In this document: one piece after another, positions 8,540 to 19,600 of the stretch
Layout of the letters: every line of letters starts with the position of its first letter
Position numbering within the stretch: position 1 is the stretch's first letter
Source: Oligoflexales bacterium
GTDB taxonomy: Bacteria > Bdellovibrionota_B > Oligoflexia > Oligoflexales > JAPPIL01
Direction: 5' to 3'
Length of the DNA: 64,000 nucleotides
Assembly (NCBI GenBank): GCA_965215515.1
Contig: OZ244057.1
Location: forward strand, 416,001 to 480,000
The notes under the pieces: model-generated
Databases searched by the model: none
What the model was told of the DNA's origin: nothing
The model's input: only the letters and a program-made list of their open reading frames with translations
Position numbers and translations under genes: made by a program

Positions 8540-9601
8540 ATGCCCGAGCTGATCACCGCCCGCAAAGAACAACACATCGACCTCTGCATAAACCGCGATG
8601 TCGAAGCAAGCGAGCACAACACAGGTTTCGAACAGGTATGCTTCCTCCCCCGCACCCTACCCGAGCTTGCCTGGGACGACCTCAATATCCACACCAAAAT
8701 GTGGGGTCGCACCTTCTCCGCACCCTTCATCATCAGCGGTATGACCTTCGGTATAGAACGCAGCACCACCATCAACCGTAACCTTGCCCGCTGCGCCGCA
8801 CACCACAACATCCCCCTAGGAATCGGCTCGCAACGCATCGCTCTCGAACAACCTGACCTCGTCCAAAAAAATAACCCCCGCCACCATGCCCCCGATATCT
8901 TTCTGCTCGCTAACCTCGGCATCTCACACCTACACCGCGATCTCTGCCTGCGGGCGGTGGAAATGATCGAAGCAAACGCCCTCGCTATCCACCTCAACGT
9001 CATGCAAGAGCTCATCCAACCCGAAGGTAGCCGCAACTTCCACGGTATCCTGCAAAAATTACACGATCTGACACAAAATTTTCCCGTGCCAATCATCGTC
9101 AAAGAAGTTGGTTTTGGCCTCGATGTACAAACGGCAACACACCTCCACGCAAGCGGTATCGCCGCACTGGACGTAGGCGGCAAAGGTGGTACGTCATGGA
9201 GCTGGATAGAAGGACTACGCAGCGACGATCCCGCAACATACCAATTGGCGCAAACATTCCGTAACTGGGGTATCCCTACCGCCTACAACACCGCAATGCT
9301 GCGCGTCGCCCTACCACATTGCCCCATACTAGCCACAGGCGGCATACGCGACGGCTTGATGGCTGCAAAAGCACTAGCACTCGGCGCAAATATGGTCGGC
9401 CTCGGCTTGCCCCTGCTGCAAGCAGCAACAATCAACGAAGAAGAAGTGATCAAAGTTATGGACAACTTCATCAAAGGACTGAAAATTACCATGCTAACCA
9501 CAGGCAGCAGCAACATAAACGAACTAACACCCTCACTCCACCTCACCGCACCCTACCACCACGAATTCATAAACCTCATGAAGCGGGGAAAAGGGGAATG
9601 A
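8540..9601 (+). CDS. fni: Type 2 isopentenyl-diphosphate delta-isomerase
   Basis: RKEQHI, APFIISGMT, GIGSQR, IHLNVMQELIQPEG, PIIVKEVGFG, GKGGTSW, ATGGIRDG. Confidence 0.95.
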   Translation: MPELITARKEQHIDLCINRDVEASEHNTGFEQVCFLPRTLPELAWDDLNIHTKMWGRTFSAPFIISGMTFGIERSTTINRNLARCAAHHNIPLGIGSQRIALEQPDLVQKNNPRHHAPDIFLLANLGISHLHRDLCLRAVEMIEANALAIHLNVMQELIQPEGSRNFHGILQKLHDLTQNFPVPIIVKEVGFGLDVQTATHLHASGIAALDVGGKGGTSWSWIEGLRSDDPATYQLAQTFRNWGIPTAYNTAMLRVALPHCPILATGGIRDGLMAAKALALGANMVGLGLPLLQAATINEEEVIKVMDNFIKGLKITMLTTGSSNINELTPSLHLTAPYHHEFINLMKRGKGE

Positions 9602-9620
9602 AGGGAGAGAAGAGGAGAAA

Positions 9621-10856
9621 ATGAAACAGCGCTGGACAGCACGAGCAGGACAACAACAACGACAATTTTCCTCGCGCCTACCTGGTTTCTACCGCTTGCC
9701 ACTGCGAGAACGTACCCGCATCGCCACACATGTCGGTAACCTGTCCGAAAACGAAACAACCAGCATCGAAAACTACCACAGTATCACACGAGAACTAACC
9801 GACACCTTCGTCGAAAATGCCATCGGTACTTACAGCCTACCCCTGGGAATCGCCACCAACTTTCTCATCAACAACAGCGAATACCTGTTGCCCATGGTAG
9901 TGGAAGAGACCAGCGTGCTGGCAGCAGCTAGCCACGCGGCAAAGATGGTACGAATCGGAGGAGGATTCTACTCACAAAGCACCGAACCAATTATGACAGG
10001 ACAAATACAACTCTTCCTCAAAGAAAACTGCGATTTCGACACAGTGCTGCACACACAGCGCGCACAACTAATCGCCACGGCTAACGCACGGCAAGAACGC
10101 CTCGTCGCACGCGGCGGTGGAGTATGCGGGCTCGACTGGAGATTCATCAAACCACTCTCCACCCTCGTCGTGCTCGTACACGTCAACAGCGGGGAAGCAA
10201 TGGGGGCAAACATCGTCAACACCATCTGCGAACACCTGTCGGCGCAACTAATTAAACTACTGCCATGCGAAGTCGGCCTGCAAATCCTTACCAACCTCAC
10301 CGACCACCGCCTCGTACGTGCCACCTGCGAAATTCCCGCCTCGGCACTATCCTGCTCACGGTTTCAAGGCACAGACATCATCGACCGCCTCGTACGTGCT
10401 CACCAATTCGCCTGCCACGACCCCCACCGCGCCGCTACCAACAACAAAGGGATCATGAACGGGATCGACGCAGTAGTCATCGCTACAGGTAACGACTGGC
10501 GCGCCGTAGAAGCAGGTGCACACGCCTATGCAGCCCGCAACGGCAGCTACCAACCCCTCGCACAATGGAGCAAACTCGGCAACGAGTGCCTACACGGAAA
10601 ACTGGAACTGCCGCTGGCAGTCGGCACAGTCGGTGGTGTAACTAAACTACACCCCGCAGCACGTGCCGCCCTCAAAATTCTCGGTTCACCATCAGCACAA
10701 GAACTAGCGGAAATTATTTGCTGCGCAGGACTAGGACAAAACCTCGCCGCCCTGCGCGCGCTCAGCAGCGAAGGTATCCAACGCGGCCACATGAACCTCC
10801 ACCACAAAAACCTCCTCCACCACCGTCGCCAGCCCAACGAACTTGCCCTTTCCTAA
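9621..10856 (+). CDS. mvaA: Hydroxymethylglutaryl-CoA reductase, class II
   Basis: ENAIG, PMVVEETSVLAAAS, EAMGANIVNT, RAATNNKGIMNG, ATGNDWRAVEAGAHAYA, GIQRGHMNLH. Confidence 0.95.
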   Translation: MKQRWTARAGQQQRQFSSRLPGFYRLPLRERTRIATHVGNLSENETTSIENYHSITRELTDTFVENAIGTYSLPLGIATNFLINNSEYLLPMVVEETSVLAAASHAAKMVRIGGGFYSQSTEPIMTGQIQLFLKENCDFDTVLHTQRAQLIATANARQERLVARGGGVCGLDWRFIKPLSTLVVLVHVNSGEAMGANIVNTICEHLSAQLIKLLPCEVGLQILTNLTDHRLVRATCEIPASALSCSRFQGTDIIDRLVRAHQFACHDPHRAATNNKGIMNGIDAVVIATGNDWRAVEAGAHAYAARNGSYQPLAQWSKLGNECLHGKLELPLAVGTVGGVTKLHPAARAALKILGSPSAQELAEIICCAGLGQNLAALRALSSEGIQRGHMNLHHKNLLHHRRQPNELALS

Positions 10857-10934
10857 AGACGCACTAGCGAGGTTTTGTTTGACAACCATACGCCGTCTGT
10901 CCTACGCTGCCCCCTCTACCTCTTTGGTTGACAG

Positions 10935-12077
10935 ATGCTGTTCAGTAACCGCGATCGCCTGTTCACCCCAGGGCCAACTCCCCTGTCACACGAAGTCCAG
11001 CAACAACTCAACTACAACTGCTACCACCGCCAGCAAGACTTCACCACCCTCTTCCAAAACTGTCGGCAAAAACTCGCACACCTAGTCGGAACTGCATCAC
11101 CACCCGTGCTGCTAGCCACCTCAGGTAGCGGCGCGATGGAAGCAGCACTGGCAAGCTTGACCGCACCAGACACCCAAGTGTTAGTGCTAAACGGCGGAAA
11201 ATTCGGTGAACGCTGGCAAGAAATAGCACTGACGCACGGCTGCAAGGTTATCAGCCATACCTTCGCTTGGGGTAGTGCACCCGACTTGGAACAGCTGGAA
11301 GACCTGCTACAAAGCACGAAAACTGCCAACTGCAAAGCACTCTTCATGCAGGCTTGCGAAACCTCCACCGCAGTGTACTACCCTGTGCTCGAAATAGCCG
11401 CACTGCTGCGTAGACACCGCCCTGACTGTTTGCTGGTCGTCGATGCCATATCCAGCCTCGTTGCACACGAACTGCACATGGACAAATGGGATATCGATTG
11501 CGTGGTGGCAGCTTCTCACAAAGGGCTGGGATTGCCGCCAGGCCTCTCTTTCATCTTCCTCTCGGCACGAGCACAACACAATTTTTCGGCACGGGCACAA
11601 TTCTACCTCGATCTCAAGGCGGAACTGCGCACCCAGCAGGAAGGCCACCCCCGCTTCACCCCCGCGATCAATACCATCGCTGCACTCAACCACGTGCTCG
11701 ATCGCCTGCTTGCCACAGGCACCGCGCGGCTGCAAGAGCAGCACGCAGCCCTAGCCCGTGCCTGTCGTGCCGCGGGCACAGCACTGCAACTCGAACCCTT
11801 CGCGGGCACGCACCCTGCCAACTCGTTGACTGCCCTACGTACCCCTATCGATGCCAGCAAACTGTGTGCCGCGTTGCACAAAAACCACCGCATGCAGTTC
11901 GCCGCGGGCCAAGGCAAGATGCGGATACGACTGCTGCGCATCGCACACCTCGGCCACGTCGATGCCTTCGACCTATTGACAGCCATCAGTGCTCTGGAGT
12001 TTGCTCTGCACACCTGCCGACACGACTTTACCCTCGGCGCTGGCACGCAAGTGGCAATGCAATGCCTAGCGAGCTGA
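10935..12077 (+). CDS. Class V PLP aminotransferase (alanine-glyoxylate/serine-pyruvate type)
   Basis: LFTPGPTP, SGSGAMEAA, GKFGERW, VVDAISSL, ASHKGLGLPPGL, RIAHLG. Confidence 0.9.
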   Translation: MLFSNRDRLFTPGPTPLSHEVQQQLNYNCYHRQQDFTTLFQNCRQKLAHLVGTASPPVLLATSGSGAMEAALASLTAPDTQVLVLNGGKFGERWQEIALTHGCKVISHTFAWGSAPDLEQLEDLLQSTKTANCKALFMQACETSTAVYYPVLEIAALLRRHRPDCLLVVDAISSLVAHELHMDKWDIDCVVAASHKGLGLPPGLSFIFLSARAQHNFSARAQFYLDLKAELRTQQEGHPRFTPAINTIAALNHVLDRLLATGTARLQEQHAALARACRAAGTALQLEPFAGTHPANSLTALRTPIDASKLCAALHKNHRMQFAAGQGKMRIRLLRIAHLGHVDAFDLLTAISALEFALHTCRHDFTLGAGTQVAMQCLAS

Positions 12078-12275
12078 ACCAGCCCTGTTCCTGTTCCGCA
12101 AATACCAGATGAGCGCTCCAATGAACAACAGCGGCGCAAGACTTAACAAGATGGTTGTCAAGACAAACGCTGTCCGTGAGGCAGGAGCGGCGTAACCACA
12201 GACACTACAGGCCAGCACCGATTCTGCGAAATACAATGCTGTTAGAAGTACACTAAACCGTATAACAATGGCCAT
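12066..12275 (-). CDS. Small membrane protein with CxxC motif, overlapping the cox3 stop
   Basis: MAIVIRF...VLACSVCG...TTILLSLAPLLFIGALIWYLR: signal-like segment, CxxC, one TM helix. Confidence 0.6.
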   Translation of the reverse strand: MAIVIRFSVLLTALYFAESVLACSVCGYAAPASRTAFVLTTILLSLAPLLFIGALIWYLRNRNRAGSAR

Positions 12276-12799
12276 ATCCCCACCACAAACCACCAGAACA
12301 TCCGCAAAGCTCGCAAACTAGTGACATGCTCCCGCCGCAGATAAAAGTATGCCATCACCAAGACAGTCGCGGCGGCATGCAAGGCATGTGACCCCACAAG
12401 CAGAAAAAAACAAGCGGCAAAGATACCCGATGTCATCGTCATGCCATATGAGAGCAGCCTGACCCATTCATAGCCCTGTGCGGTAACGAAAACCAACCCT
12501 CCCACGATAGCAGCAAGAAAGAAACCTTCTCCTACTCTGCGCTTCTCTTCCCATCGTAACGTAGCAAGATGCAAAAAGTAACCGCTTAACAGCAATATCA
12601 CCGTGTTCAGACCAGTCGCTAAAACGGGCAACGTTACGTGCGCAGGGAGCACGAACGCCTCCCCTCGCCCCGCTTTGATAATCAAGAACGCACTTACCAA
12701 GGCGACGAAAAACATCAGCTCTGTGCCGATGAAAATAAGCGTGCCCAACTCCGCATCGCTCAACAACGGACGCGATCTGTAAGTAGCCGTGGTTGCCAT
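12242..12799 (-). CDS. Cytochrome c oxidase subunit III family protein
   Basis: LGTLIFIGTELMFF, LNTVILLLSG, FVTAQGYEW, FFLLVGSHALH, MFWWFVVGIW. Confidence 0.9.
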   Translation of the reverse strand: MATTATYRSRPLLSDAELGTLIFIGTELMFFVALVSAFLIIKAGRGEAFVLPAHVTLPVLATGLNTVILLLSGYFLHLATLRWEEKRRVGEGFFLAAIVGGLVFVTAQGYEWVRLLSYGMTMTSGIFAACFFLLVGSHALHAAATVLVMAYFYLRREHVTSLRALRMFWWFVVGIWPLLYGLVYF

Positions 12800-12935
12800 C
12801 GTCCTGAGCTAAAAACAACAAACCGAGCACAGCTAAACATTTTTCGCTAAATTGTCAAGCTTCCTATCCCCCCGTCAGAAGAACTCTACACCCGCGGCCA
12901 TCTACACAAGTAGCACATAAATGCAGTGGTGCGTG

Positions 12936-12964
12936 TTGACAATTTTGGGAAGCGAATGTATAAC
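12936..12964 (+). promoter_or_regulatory. Putative sigma70 promoter for the 13015 gene
   Basis: TTGACA-17 nt-TATAAC about 50 nt upstream of an ATG with a GGAGGGAG SD. Confidence 0.6.
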
Positions 12965-13014
12965 CCGCGGTAGAGCAATCGTGCTGAAAATAACATTTCG
13001 GAGGGAGAGAACCG

Positions 13015-13743
13015 ATGCGGATTTTTTCTGTGGTGGTTAGTTGTGGGCTGAGTTTGATGTGTATGGTGGGCAATGCCGAACAGGCACGGGGCGAGGTTAA
13101 CCGAGACGGTGTCTTCGAGTCGCTCGATAACATGGAAGCTGCACACGCGGGTACGCTGGCACATTTACAGCGTCACCGCGACATGCTGGGCATGATGCTA
13201 GGTGCTCTAGGAGCAGAACTGAAGACCGTGGCAGAGTGGCGCACCGAGTGGGCGAAAAGCGGAAAGACGGAGCGTATCGCACGTTACCTGAAAGGCAAAG
13301 CGGACAGCACTCGCCTGTGGTATCTGAGCCAAAACAAAGCCCATGCCGCTGAGATGGCCGCAATGGGCATGGGTGACATACGTATCGGTTACGTCGAGCA
13401 CTGGTATAAATTCCAAGAACTTGCTGACGAGTACAACGAGATTACACAAAACATCCGCAGACTGATGCGTTTGCAGTTTATCAGAGACATCAAGCATTTG
13501 CGTAAACGCCTGCGAGCACTCAACGGCGATCTCGGTGCGGTGCACGAGGATATCGTGACTCTGCGCAAACAGGTGAAAGAACAGAAAAAAATTGTGAAAC
13601 GCCTGCTCGAGAAAGTAAACACACAGAACTTCGGGTTACAACTCGTGCTCGCTTTTCTACACGGTGCACTGTATGCCTGGGGCGAAATCGACGAAGATGC
13701 CGATGACACGTCCTCCTGTGCAGACGATGACACACCTTGCTAA
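13015..13743 (+). CDS. Hypothetical secreted coiled-coil protein
   Basis: 242-aa ORF with SD and promoter, signal-like N-terminus, heptad-rich region and an acidic C-terminus. Confidence 0.7.
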   Translation: MRIFSVVVSCGLSLMCMVGNAEQARGEVNRDGVFESLDNMEAAHAGTLAHLQRHRDMLGMMLGALGAELKTVAEWRTEWAKSGKTERIARYLKGKADSTRLWYLSQNKAHAAEMAAMGMGDIRIGYVEHWYKFQELADEYNEITQNIRRLMRLQFIRDIKHLRKRLRALNGDLGAVHEDIVTLRKQVKEQKKIVKRLLEKVNTQNFGLQLVLAFLHGALYAWGEIDEDADDTSSCADDDTPC

Positions 13744-13760
13744 ACAACCTAGCTATGCGT

Positions 13761-13799
13761 TCGCGACTAGGGCTGCCACGCGGGCGGTTCTAGCCGCGA
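13761..13799 (+). terminator. Intergenic stem-loop (possible terminator or processing site)
   Basis: TCGCGACTAGGGCTGCC...GGCGGTTCTAGCCGCGA pairs with G-U wobbles and one mismatch; no immediate U-tract. Confidence 0.3.
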
Positions 13800-13826
13800 C
13801 ATCGCCGTTGTCGCTCAGCCAGTTTT

Positions 13827-15272
13827 TTGCTACACACCTGCCTGCCCATACATCGAGCGAGAGGCAGGGTTATCGCCATCAAACGTATCCTCATCGCTAA
13901 CCGCGGCGAAATTGCCGTGCGCATCGCACGTTCGGCACAGGAACTCGGCATCGAGACGGTTGCCGTCTACAACGCTGCCGACGCAGCCAGCGCACACCGT
14001 TTTACCAGCGACTATGCCGTGCAGTTGCACGGTGAGACGCTGGCCGAGACCTACTTGAACGCCGCCCTGCTCGTCACCGTCGCACAACGCAGCGGTTGCG
14101 ATGCCGTGCATCCTGGCTACGGGTTTCTGTCCGAGAACAGTGCCTTCGTGCAGGCCAGTGAGGAGGCAGGCCTAACCTTCATCGGCCCCCAAGCCGCCGC
14201 CGTGCGGCTACTAGGCGACAAGCTACGTGCCAAACAAACGCTCGCCGCGCACGGTATCCCCACCGTGCCTGGCGCGACACAGGCGTTACAAAACGTGGCG
14301 GAAGTCGACGCACCTCCCGATGCCTACCCGATTTTGCTCAAGGCTTCCCTCGGCGGAGGTGGTAAGGGTATTCGGGAGGTTAACAGCACCGCAGAGTTGC
14401 CCGCCGCCTTTGCGGCTTGTCAGCGCGAGGCACAGAATTATTTCGGCCACAGTGCTCTGCTGTGGGAAAAAAAATTAACCCAGCCGCGCCACATAGAGGT
14501 GCAAATTCTCGCCGACCAACATGGCAATGTCGTACACCTCTACGAACGCGACTGTTCCCTGCAACGCCGTTATCAGAAAATTTTAGAAGAGGCACCGAGC
14601 TGCTACCTCAACGCAGCGCAACGTGACCAGCTCGGTGCGTTGGCCGTGCAAGCCGCACGTGCTGTCAACTATCACGGTGTGGGCACGGTGGAATTTATCT
14701 GTGCCAGCCCCGACGAATGTTATTTTATGGAAGTAAACACCCGCATTCAAGTCGAGCACCCTGTGACCGAAATGGTGACGGGTATCGACCTTATCAAAGA
14801 GCAGATCGCCGTCGCGGCAAAGCAAGAACTACCTTTCACGCAAGCAGACATCGCGCTGCGTGGACACGCCATCGAAGTGCGCCTCAACTGCGAAGATGCG
14901 CAGCGGAACTTCGTCCCTTGCCCTGGCCTTATCACCGCACTCAGTTGGCCTGCAGGGGCGTTCGTACGGGTCGATTCGCACATCTATCGCGGGTATCGAG
15001 TACCTGCCGAGTTCGATTCCTTGCTGGCTAAAATCATCTGCCAAGGACGCGATCGCCGTGAGGCTATCGCCCGTACCTGCCGTGCCTTGCAAGAACTACA
15101 CATCGAAGGTGTGCCGACCACCGCAGCTTTTCACCGTCTGCTGTTGGAGCAAGAAGAATTTCGCACAGGTAATTTTGACACCGCTTTTCTCGAGCGCATG
15201 GCAACTCGTGATTTCGCCCCTGACCAGCATGCAGCACTGCTCGCCACCTTAAGCAGTCGAGGCACGGGATGA
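13827..15272 (+). CDS. accC: Biotin carboxylase
   Basis: ILIANRGEIAVR, HPGYGFLSEN, GGGGKG, RHIEVQ, ERDCSLQRR, FMEVNTRIQVEHPVTE. Start codon uncertain. Confidence 0.93.
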   Translation: MLHTCLPIHRARGRVIAIKRILIANRGEIAVRIARSAQELGIETVAVYNAADAASAHRFTSDYAVQLHGETLAETYLNAALLVTVAQRSGCDAVHPGYGFLSENSAFVQASEEAGLTFIGPQAAAVRLLGDKLRAKQTLAAHGIPTVPGATQALQNVAEVDAPPDAYPILLKASLGGGGKGIREVNSTAELPAAFAACQREAQNYFGHSALLWEKKLTQPRHIEVQILADQHGNVVHLYERDCSLQRRYQKILEEAPSCYLNAAQRDQLGALAVQAARAVNYHGVGTVEFICASPDECYFMEVNTRIQVEHPVTEMVTGIDLIKEQIAVAAKQELPFTQADIALRGHAIEVRLNCEDAQRNFVPCPGLITALSWPAGAFVRVDSHIYRGYRVPAEFDSLLAKIICQGRDRREAIARTCRALQELHIEGVPTTAAFHRLLLEQEEFRTGNFDTAFLERMATRDFAPDQHAALLATLSSRGTG

Positions 15273-15826
15273 AGTGGCAGGTACAAATTAACGCGGACAA
15301 TACCCACCACTGCTCGCTACCCGTGCAGTTGTGTGACGGTGTGCCGTTTGTGGCGGAAGTCGATGGAAAACAAGTGCACATTGTGCAACACGGGCGACAG
15401 GTATCGTTGTTGCGCGACATCGGCAGTGGTTTAAGTTTGGAAGAACACGTGACTATACTGACACAGAAGCGCTCGCCGTTACCGCACGGGCGACAGGCAG
15501 TACAGGTGTTATACGCGACGCACACAGGTGAGGTGCATAGCTGCCATGCCTGTGTGGGACTAGCGGCCGTGGTTACACCGCCGCGGCAGGCAGATAACAT
15601 GCCACCTGCGGAAATCATCTCGCCCTTGACAGGCAAGGTTATCAAGGTTTTGGTGGCGCGGGGGACGAGGGTACGGAAGGGTGCAGCGCTGCTGATAGTG
15701 GAAGCCATGAAGATGGAAAATATCGTGCACGCGGAAGGAGAGGGGGTAGTTGCCGCTCTCAACGTCAAAGTTGGCGACGCAGTGCGTAGCGGAGACGTGC
15801 TGTTAGTGTTACGGAGGGAGAATTGA
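15269..15826 (+). CDS. accB: Biotin carboxyl carrier protein
   Basis: SPLTGKV...EAMKMEN biotinylation motif. Confidence 0.88.
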   Translation: MKWQVQINADNTHHCSLPVQLCDGVPFVAEVDGKQVHIVQHGRQVSLLRDIGSGLSLEEHVTILTQKRSPLPHGRQAVQVLYATHTGEVHSCHACVGLAAVVTPPRQADNMPPAEIISPLTGKVIKVLVARGTRVRKGAALLIVEAMKMENIVHAEGEGVVAALNVKVGDAVRSGDVLLVLRREN

Positions 15827-16482
15827 ACGCTGATCCACAACAGGACGATGCTCGGTTGGAAAATTTTTTTGCCGCTGTTGCTGATCCGTGTGCGAACATC
15901 TGTGCAGCGGAGAAACAAGCGGCCTTGCGATTGTTGCAAAAAAAAGTCGCGGTTTGCACTCACTGCGATGAATTAGCTCGTCAGCGGCACAAGACAGTGT
16001 TCGGTGTCGGTCATCCTGCGCCAGAGATATGCTTCGTCGGCGAAGCCCCTGGCGCTGATGAAGACCACCAAGGCGAACCGTTCGTCGGCCGTGCGGGGCA
16101 GCTGCTAACCCGCATTCTGCAAGCCTGCCACTGGACACGAGAGGATGTTTACATCACTAATATTTTGAAGTGCCGTCCCCCTGGCAACCGCAACCCCCAG
16201 CCCGCTGAGGTCGCTAACTGTGTGCCTTACTTGCGCAAACAGCTGCGTATTATCCAGCCGCGGGTTATCTGTGCCCTAGGTGGTGTTGCCGCCCAAACTT
16301 TGTTGCACAGCGCAGAGAGCATCGGCAAATTGCGTGGTCGCTGGCATCGTTGGCAAGGTTTGCCGTTGCTTTGCACCTATCACCCCGCCTACCTGTTGCG
16401 TAATCCCTCGCAGAAGCGTGCTGTATGGGAAGACATGCAGGTACTGATGCGTTTCGTGAAAGGTGAAGCAAAGGCGACTTGA
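15823..16482 (+). CDS. Uracil-DNA glycosylase family 4
   Basis: [38 protein letters not shown]. Confidence 0.93.
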   Translation: MNADPQQDDARLENFFAAVADPCANICAAEKQAALRLLQKKVAVCTHCDELARQRHKTVFGVGHPAPEICFVGEAPGADEDHQGEPFVGRAGQLLTRILQACHWTREDVYITNILKCRPPGNRNPQPAEVANCVPYLRKQLRIIQPRVICALGGVAAQTLLHSAESIGKLRGRWHRWQGLPLLCTYHPAYLLRNPSQKRAVWEDMQVLMRFVKGEAKAT

Positions 16483-16508
16483 AGCGCGGGAGGCAAGCCT
16501 GCTATAAT
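16479..16508 (+). promoter_or_regulatory. Putative sigma70 promoter of mreB
   Basis: TTGAAG-18 nt-TATAAT with an extended -10 TG. Confidence 0.45.
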
Positions 16509-16528
16509 CCTGAGGAGCTGTGGGTTAA

Positions 16529-17584
<1,056 letters not shown>

Positions 17585-17585
17585 C

Positions 17586-18446
17586 GTGGCGGCACGTTCT
17601 GCGCGGGTGGTGCGATGGTTGCTGGTACTGGCGATGGTGGTCGTACCGTTTGTGTTTTTTTCCAGCGGCCTGCGCCCGCATCAAGATCGGGTCACATCGT
17701 CCTTGCAGGAGATCGTCTATCCGTTTGAATACGCTATGCATGCCAGTGCTGCCTTTATCGCACGTATCTGGCATGGCTACATCGACTTGCGACGTGTCGC
17801 CGCCGACAATGCGCGCCTCAAGCTTAGGGTAGTGGAACTACAGACGAAACTGCAACTTTACGAGGAAAAGGAAGCCGAAAGCAGGAGGCTACGTGCTTTG
17901 CTTGGTTTGTCGCGGAGTTATGCGGTGGCAACGGTCACTGCGGAGGTCGTTGCCAAAGCGGGGTCGTTTCCTTTTCTCGCGGTACGGGTCAATCGTGGAC
18001 GGCAGGCCGAAATCGCCGCGGGTATGCCCGTCATCGGTGCGGCGGGGGTCGTAGGACGTGTCTTACGGGTGGGGCACAATTATGCGGATGTGCAACTGTT
18101 GGTCGACAGCGGTTTTTATCTCGACATCCTTGTGCAGCGCACTCGTGTGCGTGGTTTACTGCGCGGCAACTTGCGCAACTGTATACTACAAATGCCACAG
18201 GAGGCAGAGCTGCGCATCGGCGACACGATTGTGACTTCGGGGTTGACGGGTAGTTTCCCGAAAGGTGTGCTTGTCGGTCGTGTTGTGCGCATCAGCTATG
18301 AGGCGAACCGTGTCACACAACAGATAACCGTCGAGCCTGCGATCGACCACCGCCAACTCGAGGAGGTCAGCATTTTGCAGCAACGTGCTCCCAGTACGCA
18401 ACGTATCGTCGCTGCCACCCGCACACCGTCGGACGACAGTCCCTAA
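17586..18446 (+). CDS. mreC: Rod shape-determining protein MreC
   Basis: Follows mreB; N-terminal TM helix, coiled coil, GVVGRV, IVTSGL.G.FPKGVLVG.V. Confidence 0.9.
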   Translation: MAARSARVVRWLLVLAMVVVPFVFFSSGLRPHQDRVTSSLQEIVYPFEYAMHASAAFIARIWHGYIDLRRVAADNARLKLRVVELQTKLQLYEEKEAESRRLRALLGLSRSYAVATVTAEVVAKAGSFPFLAVRVNRGRQAEIAAGMPVIGAAGVVGRVLRVGHNYADVQLLVDSGFYLDILVQRTRVRGLLRGNLRNCILQMPQEAELRIGDTIVTSGLTGSFPKGVLVGRVVRISYEANRVTQQITVEPAIDHRQLEEVSILQQRAPSTQRIVAATRTPSDDSP

Positions 18447-18536
18447 CGGGCGGTGTCGCTGGTGTGCACAAAATCACGCTAGACGCGGTGTTGTGCAAGT
18501 AGTTCTGTGTGCTTACAAAAAATTAAATTAAGTGCC

Positions 18537-19196
18537 CTACCCACGGAACTCAGGAAAAACACACAGATCGTTGATGACACATCCGTCGCAGGCTGGACGA
18601 CGGGCATGGCAGGTGTCGCGCCCGTGGGCGATGAACAGATGATGAGCGTGAGGCAGATGATGACGTGCGATGACGGTAAGCAGCTGCTGCTCGCAGGCCG
18701 TCGCACTTTTGGCGGCGTGAAGACCGAGACGCAAAGTGGTGCGGAAAACATGGGTATCGACAGCCAGTACCCGCTGCTGGAAAAGTTCACCGAGTATGAC
18801 GTTGGCGGTCTTGCGTCCGACCCCAGGCAAGGCCTCCAGTGCCTGGCGCACATCAGGCACCTGTCCCGCATGTTGGCGGTGGAGCATTTTGCTCAAGGCA
18901 ATGATATGCTTGGCTTTGGTCGGGGCTAGGCCGATCCGTTCGATAGTGCGTAGCAGCCGTACATAGCCCCACCGCAACACGGTGGCGAGATCAAAACCGC
19001 GTTCGTAGTGCGGCCGCATGCAACGATTGACGGTGCGGTCATTGGCCTGCGCCGAAAGCACCACCGACACGAGCAACTGGTAGGGGGTTTCATAGTAGAG
19101 AGCGCACCCCGCCTGCGGATAGGCGGTACGCAAACGGGCGAGAATAGCCTCAACTCGCGCCACCAATTTCCCATGTCCCGTGCCTGCACACCCCAC
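18537..19196 (-). CDS. nth: Endonuclease III
   Basis: LLVSVVLSAQ, LPGVGRKTANV (HhH), VDTHVFR, C-x6-C-x2-C-x5-C. Confidence 0.95.
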   Translation of the reverse strand: MGCAGTGHGKLVARVEAILARLRTAYPQAGCALYYETPYQLLVSVVLSAQANDRTVNRCMRPHYERGFDLATVLRWGYVRLLRTIERIGLAPTKAKHIIALSKMLHRQHAGQVPDVRQALEALPGVGRKTANVILGELFQQRVLAVDTHVFRTTLRLGLHAAKSATACEQQLLTVIARHHLPHAHHLFIAHGRDTCHARRPACDGCVINDLCVFPEFRG

Positions 19197-19477
19197 TACT
19201 CAGAAACTTCGAGACGCACATCGCCGCTGACCCGACATTGACAAGCAAGGCGTTCGTCAGGCTCAGCAGCCATCGTCTCCAAGAAATCGCGCTCGTCATC
19301 CTGCATGGGGGACAAGTTCTCCGCCCCGTCAAGGACGCGCACCATGCAAGCCCCACACGCACCGTCACGACAGCCGAACAGAATAGAAGTGTCGTGATCG
19401 TCACACATGTCGATCAAAGCGTAGCCGTCGGCGACATCGATGACCTTCGCATCGGTGGTAATTTCTACTTTAGGCAA
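19196..19477 (-). CDS. [2Fe-2S] ferredoxin
   Basis: GCRDGACGAC...RLACQC. Confidence 0.9.
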   Translation of the reverse strand: MPKVEITTDAKVIDVADGYALIDMCDDHDTSILFGCRDGACGACMVRVLDGAENLSPMQDDERDFLETMAAEPDERLACQCRVSGDVRLEVSE

Positions 19478-19600
19478 TATCAGGCCGTGGCTTGTTATCC
19501 ATCATGCAACACACCCTAGCACCCGTGCACTGTAGCCGAAAGACACGGCAGAGGTAAAGCAGAATTTTGTTGCTCTTGAGTTCCGTGGGTAGGGCGCTTT

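Noticed and set aside
8389..9183. 264-aa antisense ORF over fni (similarly 15064-15963, 24137-24841, 49485-50093, 56668-57345, 62942-63688)
   Set aside because: Shadow ORFs overlapping well-supported genes in another frame or strand, with no recognisable motifs.
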